The notes below the pieces were generated by a model that saw only the letters and a list, made by a program, of their open reading frames with translations, did not search any database and was not told the DNA's origin. Made by a program: the position numbers and the translations under genes. DNA of 64,000 bases from a virus, in IMG/VR virus record IMGVR_UViG_3300045988_171958, positions 96,001-160,000 of that record. The stretch is one strand, 5' to 3'. Of the stretch, positions 35,536-44,872 are shown one piece after another (position 1 is the stretch's first letter; the number at the start of each line of letters is the position of its first letter).

Positions 35536-36735
35536 ATGAAGAAATTATCAGAATTTGTTGTAGAAGCTAAGTCACTTGATGTACAGAATGATACTTTGGA
35601 TTTTATTCCATCTGCTAAGCTTAAGACATATCTTACCGCTGCAGACAAGTTCATTTCTGTTGAGGCAAAGGAAATCATCAATTGGTTGATTGTAAACAAT
35701 GCTACATATATGAAGGAGATTGGTTCTCTTCAAAATTTCTATGGTAAGGGTAAGCCAAAAGATCCTAAGATGCAAGAGTTGTACAAGTGGATTGGAACAC
35801 TTGCTAAAGCACATCGTCTTCTTGAGGTACCAGTATTCCAGACTGAAGAGCAATTCAGTGCAATTATCAAAAATGAGATTTCACCAGATGAGATATTGCT
35901 TGATTTGAAGACAAAGAAAGGTCGTGATGCTGTGGCTAAGAAATATACTCCATTGGTTTGGAAGATTGCTCGTGGATTCAATGGAAAGTCTAGCTTCTCT
36001 CTTGATGATTTGTTTGCTTTTGGTATGGAAGGTCTTACCATTGCAATGAATCAATATGGTAAATCTTCTGAAGAGACCGCTAAGAAACGTGGTGGAAAGA
36101 ATGCTGAAGCAGAAGAGATGGCTGGAGAATTGAAAGATGAAATGAAGAAGCGTAAGGCATTCACTTTCTTGAGTTATGCTAGCTATTTGATTCGTATTGT
36201 AATCCTTGAAAATATCAAGAATGCTTCACACTTAGTACGTATTCCGGTTTCTGTTCAGAATAGGGAACGTAAAGATACAGGTAGAAATACAAAACAGACT
36301 TCAGTATCTGGTGAGTCACCTATCGGTGGTGGAGATGAAGGTAAGGGAATCTTTGATAAAGTTGATTCTAAAGAAGATGCAGATGCTTCACTCGACCAGC
36401 AAGATATTGCTAAGCTTTGGAAGATGATTGTTAAGATGCTTGAGAAGAAATTTACTGAAAAGCAGCTTGATGTATTCTATAGTATGAATGGATTGTTTGG
36501 TCATGAAAAGCTTAAAGCAAAGCAGATTATGGCTAAGTATGGTATGAAGAATCCATCAGAAGTTACTAATTCTAATTTCAAAGTTCTTCAGTATGTTAAG
36601 AATACTCCAGAGTTGAAGAAAGCATTTGCTGAGTTGTATTCTCTCTATAAAGAATGTTTGAATGATGAAGATCAGAGAAATGCCGACCCATCAGTATTTC
36701 GTATAAATGACAATGATACTGCATATCGTGAGTAA
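35536..36735 (+). CDS. sigma-70-family RNA polymerase sigma factor with MKKLSEFVVE leader
   Basis: Region 2.1-2.2 LVWKIARGF...DLFAFGMEGLTIAMNQY. Region 2.3-2.4 FTFLSYASYLIRIVILENIKN. HLVRIPVSV. Region 4 FTEKQLDVFYSMNGL...KAKQIMAKYGMK..SEVTNSNFKVLQYVKN. Confidence 0.8.
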   Translation: MKKLSEFVVEAKSLDVQNDTLDFIPSAKLKTYLTAADKFISVEAKEIINWLIVNNATYMKEIGSLQNFYGKGKPKDPKMQELYKWIGTLAKAHRLLEVPVFQTEEQFSAIIKNEISPDEILLDLKTKKGRDAVAKKYTPLVWKIARGFNGKSSFSLDDLFAFGMEGLTIAMNQYGKSSEETAKKRGGKNAEAEEMAGELKDEMKKRKAFTFLSYASYLIRIVILENIKNASHLVRIPVSVQNRERKDTGRNTKQTSVSGESPIGGGDEGKGIFDKVDSKEDADASLDQQDIAKLWKMIVKMLEKKFTEKQLDVFYSMNGLFGHEKLKAKQIMAKYGMKNPSEVTNSNFKVLQYVKNTPELKKAFAELYSLYKECLNDEDQRNADPSVFRINDNDTAYRE

Positions 36736-36736
36736 G

Positions 36737-37117
36737 ATGAAAAGCCTATCTGAATATATGAATGCATTGCTTGAAAGCAGTATTGAACGATATTCAATCA
36801 AGATTACTCTCAAGCAATTCATTGACAAATATGTGGAATTATCTAAGTTGTCAAGAACCAAAGCAATATCAGAATTAGTATCTAATCTGAATATGTACAG
36901 TGATGGCGGACCTAATAAAGAAGATTGGATTACTTCAAGTCAAAGCAAAGAAATTTCATTTGATGCTTATACAGAAACAATAAGTGGAAAAGAATATCTG
37001 TATATAGAAATTCATGATTCTAGTTATGATACTATGAAGGTTGCATTCAACATTAAAAAAGTTGACTTTGCAGAACAGTTGTATGATTGGTTCAAAAATA
37101 CTGGTAGAAAGCAATGA
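36737..37117 (+). CDS. hypothetical protein with MKSLSEYMNALLE leader
   Basis: ATG at 36737 lies 1 nt after the sigma stop. The track start at 36707 overlaps the sigma gene. Confidence 0.65.
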   Translation: MKSLSEYMNALLESSIERYSIKITLKQFIDKYVELSKLSRTKAISELVSNLNMYSDGGPNKEDWITSSQSKEISFDAYTETISGKEYLYIEIHDSSYDTMKVAFNIKKVDFAEQLYDWFKNTGRKQ

Positions 37118-37422
37118 TTAATCTTAAGAGCTATGTAGTCATGAAAGAAGAATTGGATGGTGATAACATTCAATGGAAATTCAACAATTGGTCTAAAGGA
37201 ATAGAATCATCTGTATTGGACGCATTTATGTTAGATGCGTCCTATCAAAAAGATATAGATAGTTTTAAGAAACTGGTAGATGACAGTGGTATCAACTTCA
37301 ATGCATTGACTGATGTAATGAATGATGATGCAAAAGGATTGCCAGACAACTATGACAATATCTATGTTCTTAAGAAAATAATAGACACTATAAATATATT
37401 AAATAAAGGAAAAAATGATTAG
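37114..37422 (+). CDS. hypothetical protein (weak leader variant MINLKSYVV)
   Basis: 102-aa ORF with 4-nt overlaps on both sides. Confidence 0.6.
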   Translation: MINLKSYVVMKEELDGDNIQWKFNNWSKGIESSVLDAFMLDASYQKDIDSFKKLVDDSGINFNALTDVMNDDAKGLPDNYDNIYVLKKIIDTINILNKGKND

Positions 37423-38110
37423 TATTTCAGAATACTTGAACGAAAATCTTGATGAATTCGTTTTTGAGTTGAAAAGCCAAACATATTTGAATGCTGCTAA
37501 GAAAGCAAAGAAACTTGGTGATCCACGAGCAGAAAAGTTCTTGCAAGCATTTAAAGACAATATTGATAAAGAATTGATGGCTACAGAAGGTCCAGATGAT
37601 GAAGAAAAGAAATTCAACATCTATTATAATGCTGATAAGAAATCTATTATTAGACTTAAGTCTCTTGATAAGAGAGAAAATGGAAATGGACCATTATTGG
37701 AACAAACTAACAGAGGAACTTATTTCGACATACGAAATGATGACATTGAATTTATTGCGAATGTTTATGTTGCATCCAATAAAGATGGAGATAGACAAAT
37801 CTTCTTACGTCAATCTATCATAACTCAAGATAAATGGAAATATGTATCAAAAGAATTCAATAGAGTTGCTGAAAAAATAAATGATTCAGAATCAAAGAAG
37901 CCATTTACTTTTGTTAAGATGTTTACAAATACTGGTACTGTGGAATTTTTCTATATTATAGATACAGATAAGTTAATTCCCATATTCTTAAATCATGGTA
38001 AAGGCAATAAGTATGAAGATGATGAGTGCTTAGATAATTATTCAGAAAATGATAAAACTGCTATCAATGCTATCTGTAAAGCAATGAATCAAAATCATAA
38101 GGATATATAA
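37415..38110 (+). CDS. hypothetical protein with MISISEYLNE leader
   Basis: 231-aa ORF. Confidence 0.7.
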   Translation: MISISEYLNENLDEFVFELKSQTYLNAAKKAKKLGDPRAEKFLQAFKDNIDKELMATEGPDDEEKKFNIYYNADKKSIIRLKSLDKRENGNGPLLEQTNRGTYFDIRNDDIEFIANVYVASNKDGDRQIFLRQSIITQDKWKYVSKEFNRVAEKINDSESKKPFTFVKMFTNTGTVEFFYIIDTDKLIPIFLNHGKGNKYEDDECLDNYSENDKTAINAICKAMNQNHKDI

Positions 38111-38119
38111 ATATTGTTT

Positions 38120-38731
38120 ATGAAACAATTAGTAGAATATATGAAGGAGAGCTTGGCAACGAACTCTCCTTTTACATTAAATGAAGATAGAGATCAGACC
38201 ATCCGGTTGAATGACTTTGAAGCTAGTTGGAAGGTAAAAGATCCAGAAAACAGAAAAGGTATCTTTGTAATAGAAGTACCAGAAGACTATACTGATGATG
38301 ATATCAATCAATATATATCTGATTTGCTTCTTGAAAGCATGCCATCTGATGATGATTTAGCTAAAGAATATTTTGGTGTCAATGCTGATAATATCATAGA
38401 TGCTAGATTTGAATTTGAAAAGAAAGAAGATGCAAAAGATGAGTTGCATTGTACTTTCGACTTTGACAAATCATTAGATGACAACTATAAAGGAGAACAA
38501 GATAACCTGAAGAAGTATGCATTGGAAAATCTCAGATTCATTGTAGATTGGTCAGAGTTTGATGTTGCAAATACATCAGATGATGGATTGCTATACGACT
38601 TATGGGATATCTTCAAGAGAACAAAGTCAAGCAATATTGTAAAATATATGGATGATAAGATAAAGTTGGAAATTGAAGAAAAAGATATGGTTTTTGATAA
38701 CAATAAGAGTGAACTTATTAAAGACAAATAA
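38120..38731 (+). CDS. acidic hypothetical protein with MKQLVEYMKE leader
   Basis: ATG at 38120. The track start at 38114 is TTG. Confidence 0.7.
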   Translation: MKQLVEYMKESLATNSPFTLNEDRDQTIRLNDFEASWKVKDPENRKGIFVIEVPEDYTDDDINQYISDLLLESMPSDDDLAKEYFGVNADNIIDARFEFEKKEDAKDELHCTFDFDKSLDDNYKGEQDNLKKYALENLRFIVDWSEFDVANTSDDGLLYDLWDIFKRTKSSNIVKYMDDKIKLEIEEKDMVFDNNKSELIKDK

Positions 38732-38766
38732 CTATATTTATAATGTTTAGTATTTAAAATAATAAA

Positions 38767-39546
<780 letters not shown>

Positions 39547-39584
39547 TTTAAAGTATTTTTAATTAACGAAATACAAAAAAAATA

Positions 39585-40319
39585 ATGGAATCATTAACAA
39601 ATTTTATAAATGAAGCTCTAAGCAAATCTGAATTCATGGATATCATCGATAAATATGATGATGCTAGAAAGTTGGATAATTTGGATAGTTATTATGATGA
39701 TTTAATAATTGGGTTTAGCCGTAGAGAGGAAATAAATAATGTTGTTGTAAAGTCAATTGGTAAAGGCCCATACTATGTTGTTGGTATGGATAATTGGGCT
39801 GACTTATTTGATAAAAAGGGTATCACCAATATTCTTAAAAAAGCAGGTATTACTAGATTACCACATTGGGTAAAAAATGTAAATGATAGAAGTGAAGAAA
39901 CAACATACGGTTTTGTCGATACTACAAAAATAAATGATTATTATCATACTACTGGAGATAATATGGCATGGAAAAAACATGAAATTAAAAATGCCCTTGA
40001 AACAAATAAGAAGTTAAAAGAACTTGGTCTAACTAAGGAATTGGATGATAAGCTTAAGCAAATGACAAGTGCTTTTGATTTTAAACCAATTAAGCTTGAA
40101 AGAGATGTAAGAGCTAGTAGAGCAGCAGCTGCTAGAAAAGATGTATGGGGTCATTATTATGGTGGCGGTACAGGTAAACTTGATATTGTACCAAATATCT
40201 TATTAATTAATGGAAAATTAATTAAGATTCTTACTATGGGTGTAGAAGGTAATGCAGGAAGTGCAGGTATATATACTTTGATTATTCCGGCAAGTGAAAT
40301 TGAGAATATCAAAGATTAA
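39585..40319 (+). CDS. hypothetical protein with MESLTNFINE leader
   Basis: 244-aa ORF. Confidence 0.7.
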   Translation: MESLTNFINEALSKSEFMDIIDKYDDARKLDNLDSYYDDLIIGFSRREEINNVVVKSIGKGPYYVVGMDNWADLFDKKGITNILKKAGITRLPHWVKNVNDRSEETTYGFVDTTKINDYYHTTGDNMAWKKHEIKNALETNKKLKELGLTKELDDKLKQMTSAFDFKPIKLERDVRASRAAAARKDVWGHYYGGGTGKLDIVPNILLINGKLIKILTMGVEGNAGSAGIYTLIIPASEIENIKD

Positions 40320-40350
40320 AATACAGAGTAAAATAATTAAAATAATGCAA

Positions 40351-40384
40351 AATGCAGGATTTTTCTTTTGAAATTTCCTGCATT
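40351..40384 (+). terminator. hairpin whose loop contains the upstream box of the next promoter (PeSL-like)
   Basis: aatgcagga-(16 nt including ttttgaaattt)-tcctgcatt. Confidence 0.5.
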
Positions 40385-40402
40385 TGTTCTATATTTATTA
40401 CG
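40367..40402 (+). promoter_or_regulatory. class-I consensus phage promoter
   Basis: tttgaaatttcctgcatttgttctatatt with +20 geometry and G at +35. Confidence 0.7.
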
Positions 40403-40406
40403 TAAA

Positions 40407-40450
40407 TTAATGAACATCACTTTCAGTTCTGTTCAAGAACTAAAGTTAAA
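40407..40450 (+). repeat. 44-nt direct repeat, left copy (5' flank of the HExxH gene)
   Basis: ttaatgaacatcactttcagttctgttcaagaactaaagttaaa matches 40953..40996 with about 5 mismatches. Confidence 0.75.
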
Positions 40451-40470
40451 TAATGATTATTTAAATTTTT

Positions 40471-40956
40471 ATGATTATGAAAAAAGTAGTTGATTTTATG
40501 GATACCGAGTTTGCAAAAGACGTGATTAATGATGATGAAAAAATCATCTTTAAAAAAGTTTGCAGAGCTTCAAAGAACAATAATGTAAAGAATACCAGTA
40601 CAAAGAAAAATATGAAGAAGCAGAAGAAGTACGTGGATTTCCAATTCAACTTATTTGGTGAAACAATAGATGTTTGCTTCCATGATAAAGTATATTCTGA
40701 TTACGATAATTCTTGCTGGATCTTTGGTAACAGTAACTTATCAGAACAAGTAATCAACTTGTCATTGACTACTCCATCTGATAAGCCATTAAAATCAGAA
40801 CAGATAAAGCAGACATTTGTACATGAATGTGTACACATTATGCTTGAATCTGGTCAGTATTTTGAAGAATCATGCAATGAAGGTTTAGTAGAATGGATGG
40901 CTAAATGCATCAATATGATGTTCTTCACAAATACTGAACTTGCTAAGCACTTTTAA
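40471..40956 (+). CDS. putative small zinc metallopeptidase (HExxH)
   Basis: FVHECVHIMLESG contains HExxH. 161 aa. The start context is tATGATTATGAaa. Confidence 0.55.
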   Translation: MIMKKVVDFMDTEFAKDVINDDEKIIFKKVCRASKNNNVKNTSTKKNMKKQKKYVDFQFNLFGETIDVCFHDKVYSDYDNSCWIFGNSNLSEQVINLSLTTPSDKPLKSEQIKQTFVHECVHIMLESGQYFEESCNEGLVEWMAKCINMMFFTNTELAKHF

Positions 40957-40996
40957 TGAATATCACTTACAGATCTGTTCAAGAACTTAAGTTAAA
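40953..40996 (+). repeat. 44-nt direct repeat, right copy (3' flank of the HExxH gene)
   Basis: ttaatgaatatcacttacagatctgttcaagaacttaagttaaa begins at the stop codon. Confidence 0.75.
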
Positions 40997-41010
40997 AATC
41001 TCTAGGTATA

Positions 41011-41110
41011 CATAGGGTTCCCCTATTCCGCGCCTGGGTCACACAGGGAGCGGAATATTACTTAGAAGTATATTCTATCAGTTGGAACAATTTTAACGTC
41101 CCTGTGTGAA
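41011..41110 (+). repeat. GC-rich ~100-nt repeat family, copy B
   Basis: catagggttcccctattccgcgcctgggtcacacagggagcggaatatt...acgtccctgtgtgaa. The 11-nt arms tcacacaggga / tccctgtgtga are perfectly complementary. Confidence 0.8.
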
Positions 41111-41141
41111 CATTTAACAAATTTAAATATATATAAATAAA

Positions 41142-41381
41142 ATGGAAAACAATAGTAATTATACAAGTGGATTGTCATTTTCAAGTATTTTGTTCTTGGT
41201 ATTTCTTGTACTTAAGTTGACAAATGTTATTGATTGGTCTTGGTGGTGGGTAACTGCTCCACTTTGGATCCCTGTTATAATCTTTTTAGTTTTTGTTGGT
41301 GGATTGTATGCATTTTATCAGATACTGAAGTATTACAATAAAAATAAATTGAAAAATTTTAGAAAAAATTTGAAATTTTAA
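41142..41381 (+). CDS. small two-TM membrane protein
   Basis: LSFSSILFLVFLVLKL and WVTAPLWIPVIIFLVFVGGLYAF. Confidence 0.65.
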   Translation: MENNSNYTSGLSFSSILFLVFLVLKLTNVIDWSWWWVTAPLWIPVIIFLVFVGGLYAFYQILKYYNKNKLKNFRKNLKF

Positions 41382-41404
41382 GGCTTTGTTCTATATTTAT
41401 TACG
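41369..41404 (+). promoter_or_regulatory. class-I consensus phage promoter
   Basis: tttgaaattttaaggctttgttctatatt with +20 geometry and G at +35. Overlaps the last codons of 41142..41381. Confidence 0.7.
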
Positions 41405-41418
41405 TAAGTTAAAATATA

Positions 41419-41913
41419 ATGATTATGAATATGACAAAAGCTGAAATTATCAAGAGTAATATCGAGAATATTAATGAGAAGTACAATACCTCATTTGGAG
41501 TTATGATTGTAAATCACAAGAATTATGATAAGGTTCTTGTGATTAAAGAAGATGATTCTTGCTTCACAATCAAAGATATCATTTCAATATTGCATAACTC
41601 TAATTTGAATGAATGGAAGATTTCCTTGAACTATGGAGATAAAGGTGGTGACTATATTGGTTTCACTTACTTAGATAATATCACAAGAAAGAATGGTTAT
41701 ATGATTTTGGATGGTGATTCAGAAGAATATGATGACAATGTAATGACTGGTTCAAGCTTGAGAGAAATGTTCTTAATCAATGGTATGAAAGATGAATTAG
41801 TCTACATCAACAACATGGATGAAGGTGGTGATTTTGGCACTAACCGTAGAATGACTTACATTGAAATCTATGTAAATAAGATTGGTACATCAAATCGAGT
41901 TAACTTAGGATAA
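41419..41913 (+). CDS. hypothetical protein
   Basis: 164-aa ORF. The start context is aATGATTATGAat, 22 nt after the -10 box. Confidence 0.7.
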   Translation: MIMNMTKAEIIKSNIENINEKYNTSFGVMIVNHKNYDKVLVIKEDDSCFTIKDIISILHNSNLNEWKISLNYGDKGGDYIGFTYLDNITRKNGYMILDGDSEEYDDNVMTGSSLREMFLINGMKDELVYINNMDEGGDFGTNRRMTYIEIYVNKIGTSNRVNLG

Positions 41914-41937
41914 TTAATTTAATAATTTGAATATAAC

Positions 41938-42474
41938 ATGGGAACAAATTTTTATGCAGTACTTCCAGTAAAGAAGAAGGTAACAAAGAATCTTGAGAAG
42001 GCTATTGAGCTTATCAATAACACACCTTATGATATTGATGCCATTGAAGCAGAGATTTTTGATGCAAAAGAAGAAATCAACAAAAATCGTATCCATCTTG
42101 GTAAGAGATCAGGTGGTTGGGTATTTGATTGGGATGGCAATGACTTGAAGTATTATGAACCAGTATTAGAGTCCATTAAGAATTTTGTTGAATCCAACAA
42201 TGCATGTATTGTTGATGAAAATGGAAACAAATATACATGGGATGAATTCATTAATGATGAGATTGGTGATGTTTTGAAATATGATTGTGGTGCTCTTACT
42301 GGTAAAGAGTATTATGAGCAGTACCCAGAACATCGTACACCTTATACTAGAGAATATCAACGAGAAATGGGTATGTTTAAGAAGTATGCTATGAACAATA
42401 CTATTGAACCTAAGTATCATGATTTCATTACTAAAGAAGGATTGAGATTTGCATTGTATACAGATTTCAGTTAA
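41938..42474 (+). CDS. hypothetical protein
   Basis: 178-aa ORF (MGTNFYAV...IHLGKRSGGWVFDW). Family not recognised with confidence. Confidence 0.7.
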   Translation: MGTNFYAVLPVKKKVTKNLEKAIELINNTPYDIDAIEAEIFDAKEEINKNRIHLGKRSGGWVFDWDGNDLKYYEPVLESIKNFVESNNACIVDENGNKYTWDEFINDEIGDVLKYDCGALTGKEYYEQYPEHRTPYTREYQREMGMFKKYAMNNTIEPKYHDFITKEGLRFALYTDFS

Positions 42475-42507
42475 AAATGAATTGAATATATTTAAAGGAG
42501 AATTGCC

Positions 42508-42999
42508 ATGTCAGTAGATCATTGTATAAAAGCTTATAAAGGAGAAGTTTGGTTACCAGGTTGTCAATATACTTCTTATAGTGAATTTGAACGAGCAAAA
42601 GAAGAATGTTCAAATAATATTGATAGAATAAAGAATAAGATTCGTCAGATTTGTATTTGTACGCCAAAGGATGTGTTTCCATCAGATTCTGAAGGTGATA
42701 CACTATGGAAATTGAATACTGAAGTTGATGAATTGTTTGATGAATTGAATGAATATGAATGGGAAATGTGTAAAATCAATACCATTCAAACAATTCTTGA
42801 TGATTGGGAATATACTGGAAAGAAGGATCCTAAGAAAAATTGGACTAAGATTAATCCAGACTTGTATGCAGATTTGAAAAAGGATATGAAGAAAACCATT
42901 GAATCATTTGATGGTAACCCAGAAACTATTAAGAAGATGAAAGAAGAAAATGATAAGTTAAATGAAGAATTAAAGAAGAAATTGGAAGAGGAATCTTAA
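42508..42999 (+). CDS. hypothetical coiled-coil protein
   Basis: 163-aa ORF. It is the only gene here with an AAGGAG box 7 nt upstream. Confidence 0.7.
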   Translation: MSVDHCIKAYKGEVWLPGCQYTSYSEFERAKEECSNNIDRIKNKIRQICICTPKDVFPSDSEGDTLWKLNTEVDELFDELNEYEWEMCKINTIQTILDDWEYTGKKDPKKNWTKINPDLYADLKKDMKKTIESFDGNPETIKKMKEENDKLNEELKKKLEEES

Positions 43000-43020
43000 G
43001 ATTCCTCTTCTTTTATTTTG
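42985..43020 (+). terminator. palindromic terminator (CTTAAG-centred) containing the stop codon
   Basis: gaagaggaatCTTAAGattcctcttc followed by ttttattttg. Confidence 0.7.
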
Positions 43021-43085
43021 TTACTCTAAATATTTTATTAACTGGTATGATTAGTGGATTTGATATTTAATATATTCTTATATTT

Positions 43086-44849
43086 TTATTTGGAAGAAGG
43101 ATATATGTATCCTTTTTCATTACAATATTCTTTAGCTTCATCTTCTGTCTTAAATGAAATTATATCAACATCATTAGGTATAAGTACAGAAGTATTGAAT
43201 AAATCACCTTCTATTATATCTGTTACATTACTATCTTTAATGAGTAATATTCTACCATCTACTTCATTCTTCTCATCAGTATTATATTCAACATATTCTA
43301 ATGTATTATCATTAATTGCTTCATCTTCTATAGTTGCTAATGATATAGAATCAGGTTTAAATGTTTCACCCGGGTTGGTATTGATAGGAGTTTCTGGTGG
43401 TATTATACAAGTCCATTTGTAATTGTTTACAAGTACATAAAGCATTTCCATTGGGCTTGTTGGATTGCCATCCGATACACCTTTCTCAAATCCTGTTGGT
43501 TCTTGATAAATACCAGTTGGTCGATAAGATACTGGCTGGGATTGTGAATATGCTGTCAATTTAAGATTATACCAAGGATTTCTTTTTCCTTTATATGGAC
43601 CATCTACATAATTTTGGTTATAACCAAATTGTTTAGTATGTTCATATAATGACTCTATAGCTAAATCAATAGTAGTAGGTTTCCTATCTATTCTATCTTG
43701 TCCAAATATCTTACCCCAATCTAAACTTTTAAAATTGAATGTTCTATCCATCCATTCCGGTATTATAATTTTCTTACCTTTAGGTATTTGAAAGAAAGTA
43801 GGAAGTACTGTTATGTGTGATAAATCTTCTATTTCATTGAAACAAGTACCTGTAACAATATCCATATCAGTATCTGTGGCATCCTGCCAAGATGATAATG
43901 GATTAAGTTGATACAAATTTGGATTGATTTTAGTTATACCATCTTTTGAAAATATAGTCTTTATATTACTTGTATCGCCATCTTGACTTATCTTTATATA
44001 TCTTATATTTGGAAGTTCATTGAATTCCTTTATATATCTGTCAACGCCACCATGTATTGTAAGATTTACAAGATTCTTTAATTTGACAATATTTCTGATA
44101 CCATTATTATCTGCATTTCTATCTGAAACAAATGAATCAATATAAAGATTCTTTAATTTAGTGAGTTGCCAAAGACTATTTGGATATATATCATATTTAG
44201 AACTTATTGCTGATCTCAATCCTAATGTAGTCAGATTAGGACAATATAAGAATCTATCTGTATTTATTACATCACATGGACATTCAGATGTATCTATTGT
44301 AGTTAATTCAGGTACTTCAAACAATGGATACTTACCAAATCTAAGATAATATGCATATATGTAATCAATATAACCTTTTGTAAAAGTCATTGTAACTACA
44401 TGTTCCTTTTTTGTGCCTTGGAATATGTGATTTCTAAATGCCCAATTAGGTATCAATACATCTTTCTGGCCATCTGTACCATTACCAGTATATTTTCTGT
44501 AATAATCACTATCATAACTATACCATCTTACATAATAGAAAAAACCAGATTTAGTAGCTACTACATGTTCTATTTCAGAATTATCATCCCAATTGATATC
44601 TAATTCAAATGATACAGGACTCCTTAATTCTAGATAATCATTATTGTCACAGCAATTATATCCATTAGGGTCATATTTGATGTATTCTTTAGATGTATTA
44701 TCTACACTACCATGAGAACCATGTGTATTTAATAGAAAGAATTCTCTAGCAGTAGTAACATAGAATGTAAGTTTTCTTACTAATGTTGTTTGTGTACTAT
44801 TAGTACAAGCACCATTTACCATAGGTATGATATCTCCAATTAAATCCAT
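43086..44849 (-). CDS. leucine-rich-repeat tail/receptor-binding-like protein
   Basis: LRR-like units CPNLTTLGL, LTKLKNLYIDSF, IVKLKNLVNLTIHG, ELPNIRYIKIS. 587 aa, last gene of the fibre block. Confidence 0.65.
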   Translation of the reverse strand: MDLIGDIIPMVNGACTNSTQTTLVRKLTFYVTTAREFFLLNTHGSHGSVDNTSKEYIKYDPNGYNCCDNNDYLELRSPVSFELDINWDDNSEIEHVVATKSGFFYYVRWYSYDSDYYRKYTGNGTDGQKDVLIPNWAFRNHIFQGTKKEHVVTMTFTKGYIDYIYAYYLRFGKYPLFEVPELTTIDTSECPCDVINTDRFLYCPNLTTLGLRSAISSKYDIYPNSLWQLTKLKNLYIDSFVSDRNADNNGIRNIVKLKNLVNLTIHGGVDRYIKEFNELPNIRYIKISQDGDTSNIKTIFSKDGITKINPNLYQLNPLSSWQDATDTDMDIVTGTCFNEIEDLSHITVLPTFFQIPKGKKIIIPEWMDRTFNFKSLDWGKIFGQDRIDRKPTTIDLAIESLYEHTKQFGYNQNYVDGPYKGKRNPWYNLKLTAYSQSQPVSYRPTGIYQEPTGFEKGVSDGNPTSPMEMLYVLVNNYKWTCIIPPETPINTNPGETFKPDSISLATIEDEAINDNTLEYVEYNTDEKNEVDGRILLIKDSNVTDIIEGDLFNTSVLIPNDVDIISFKTEDEAKEYCNEKGYIYPSSK

Positions 44850-44872
44850 ATATAAATATTATGATAATATAT

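Noticed and set aside
35572-36041. Minus-strand and alternate-frame ORFs inside the sigma-factor gene (35572..35853, 35739..36041, 35720..35908).
   Set aside because: The sigma-70 motifs identify the true frame. The others are overlapping shadows.
41011-41110. GC-rich repeats considered as tRNA or tRNA-like genes, or as hammerhead or HDV-like ribozymes.
   Set aside because: There is no cloverleaf: no GTTCGAATC-type T arm and no acceptor pairing. There is no CUGAUGA...GAAA core, and the pairing order does not fit the HDV-like P1/P2/P3 nesting when folded by hand.
42495-42500. AAGGAG Shine-Dalgarno-like box 7 nt upstream of the 42508 start, in a genome otherwise lacking SD sequences.
   Set aside because: It is a single occurrence and may be chance. 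It is recorded only as a contrast supporting the general absence of SD sequences.
43054-43422. 122-aa plus-strand ORF overlapping the 3' end of the LRR gene.
   Set aside because: It is Ser/Leu/Ile-rich and antisense to a long gene, and it begins within the terminator region of the 42508 gene.
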